This document shows, piece after piece, positions 63,711 to 64,000 of a DNA stretch of 64,000 nt. A model generated the notes under the pieces. That model searched no databases. It saw nothing but the letters and a program-made list of their open reading frames with translations, and was not told the DNA's origin. Made by a program: the position numbers and the translations under genes. The stretch's first letter is position 1; each line of letters opens with the position of its first letter. Source of the stretch: Octopus vulgaris (lineage: Eukaryota); assembly GCA_951406725.2 (NCBI GenBank), contig OX597817.1:50096001-50160000 (forward strand), read 5' to 3'.

Positions 63711-64000
63711 TTGCATGTGTGTGTGCGCGCGTGTGTATATATATGTATGTATCTGCTATCCCGTCTTTTCTCACCTGCCTTCTAAGGCCACTGGTCGACA
63801 TCTTCCTCTCTCGTCGTCCACTATAATCCAGCGTTTGCAATACTTTTTTCGTCTGGCGTTAACAGCCCTTCTTATCTTGTTCTCCTTGTCCTGTCTCTCA
63901 CTGTTATATATTTATTTTTCCACTGTTTATATATATATTTTTTACTGTTTATATGTTTGTACTGTCGTTACCGTCTTGCTTTTTTTACCCCTCTGCGACA

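Overview
AT-rich eukaryotic non-coding DNA made almost entirely of transposable elements and microsatellites. The SINE repertoire and microsatellite load suggest an octopus/cephalopod genome (inference). I recognise no host protein-coding exon, and most short ORFs in the track are microsatellite or SINE artefacts. Main contents: (i) a nested cluster at 23.5-32.4 kb, where a foldback repeat contains a non-autonomous Helitron, which contains a head-to-tail array of one full-length Tx1-clade LINE and two ORF1-only (HAL1-like) elements; (ii) an abundant tRNA-derived SINE that shares its 3' tail with these Tx1 elements and forms multimers by inserting into itself; (iii) a tRNA-headed element carrying a minimal hammerhead ribozyme, split by a Dong/R4-like LINE inserted in its (AAT)n tract; (iv) two more Dong/R4 remnants, a Penelope-like element with a hammerhead, and several Penelope-like end remnants; (v) two near-identical young mariners each nested in an older mariner, two Tc1 elements, a Chapaev3-like remnant and a decayed L2/CR1 LINE. 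SINE family labels S1-S4 are my own. Boundaries without a target-site duplication (TSD) or terminal inverted repeat (TIR) are approximate.
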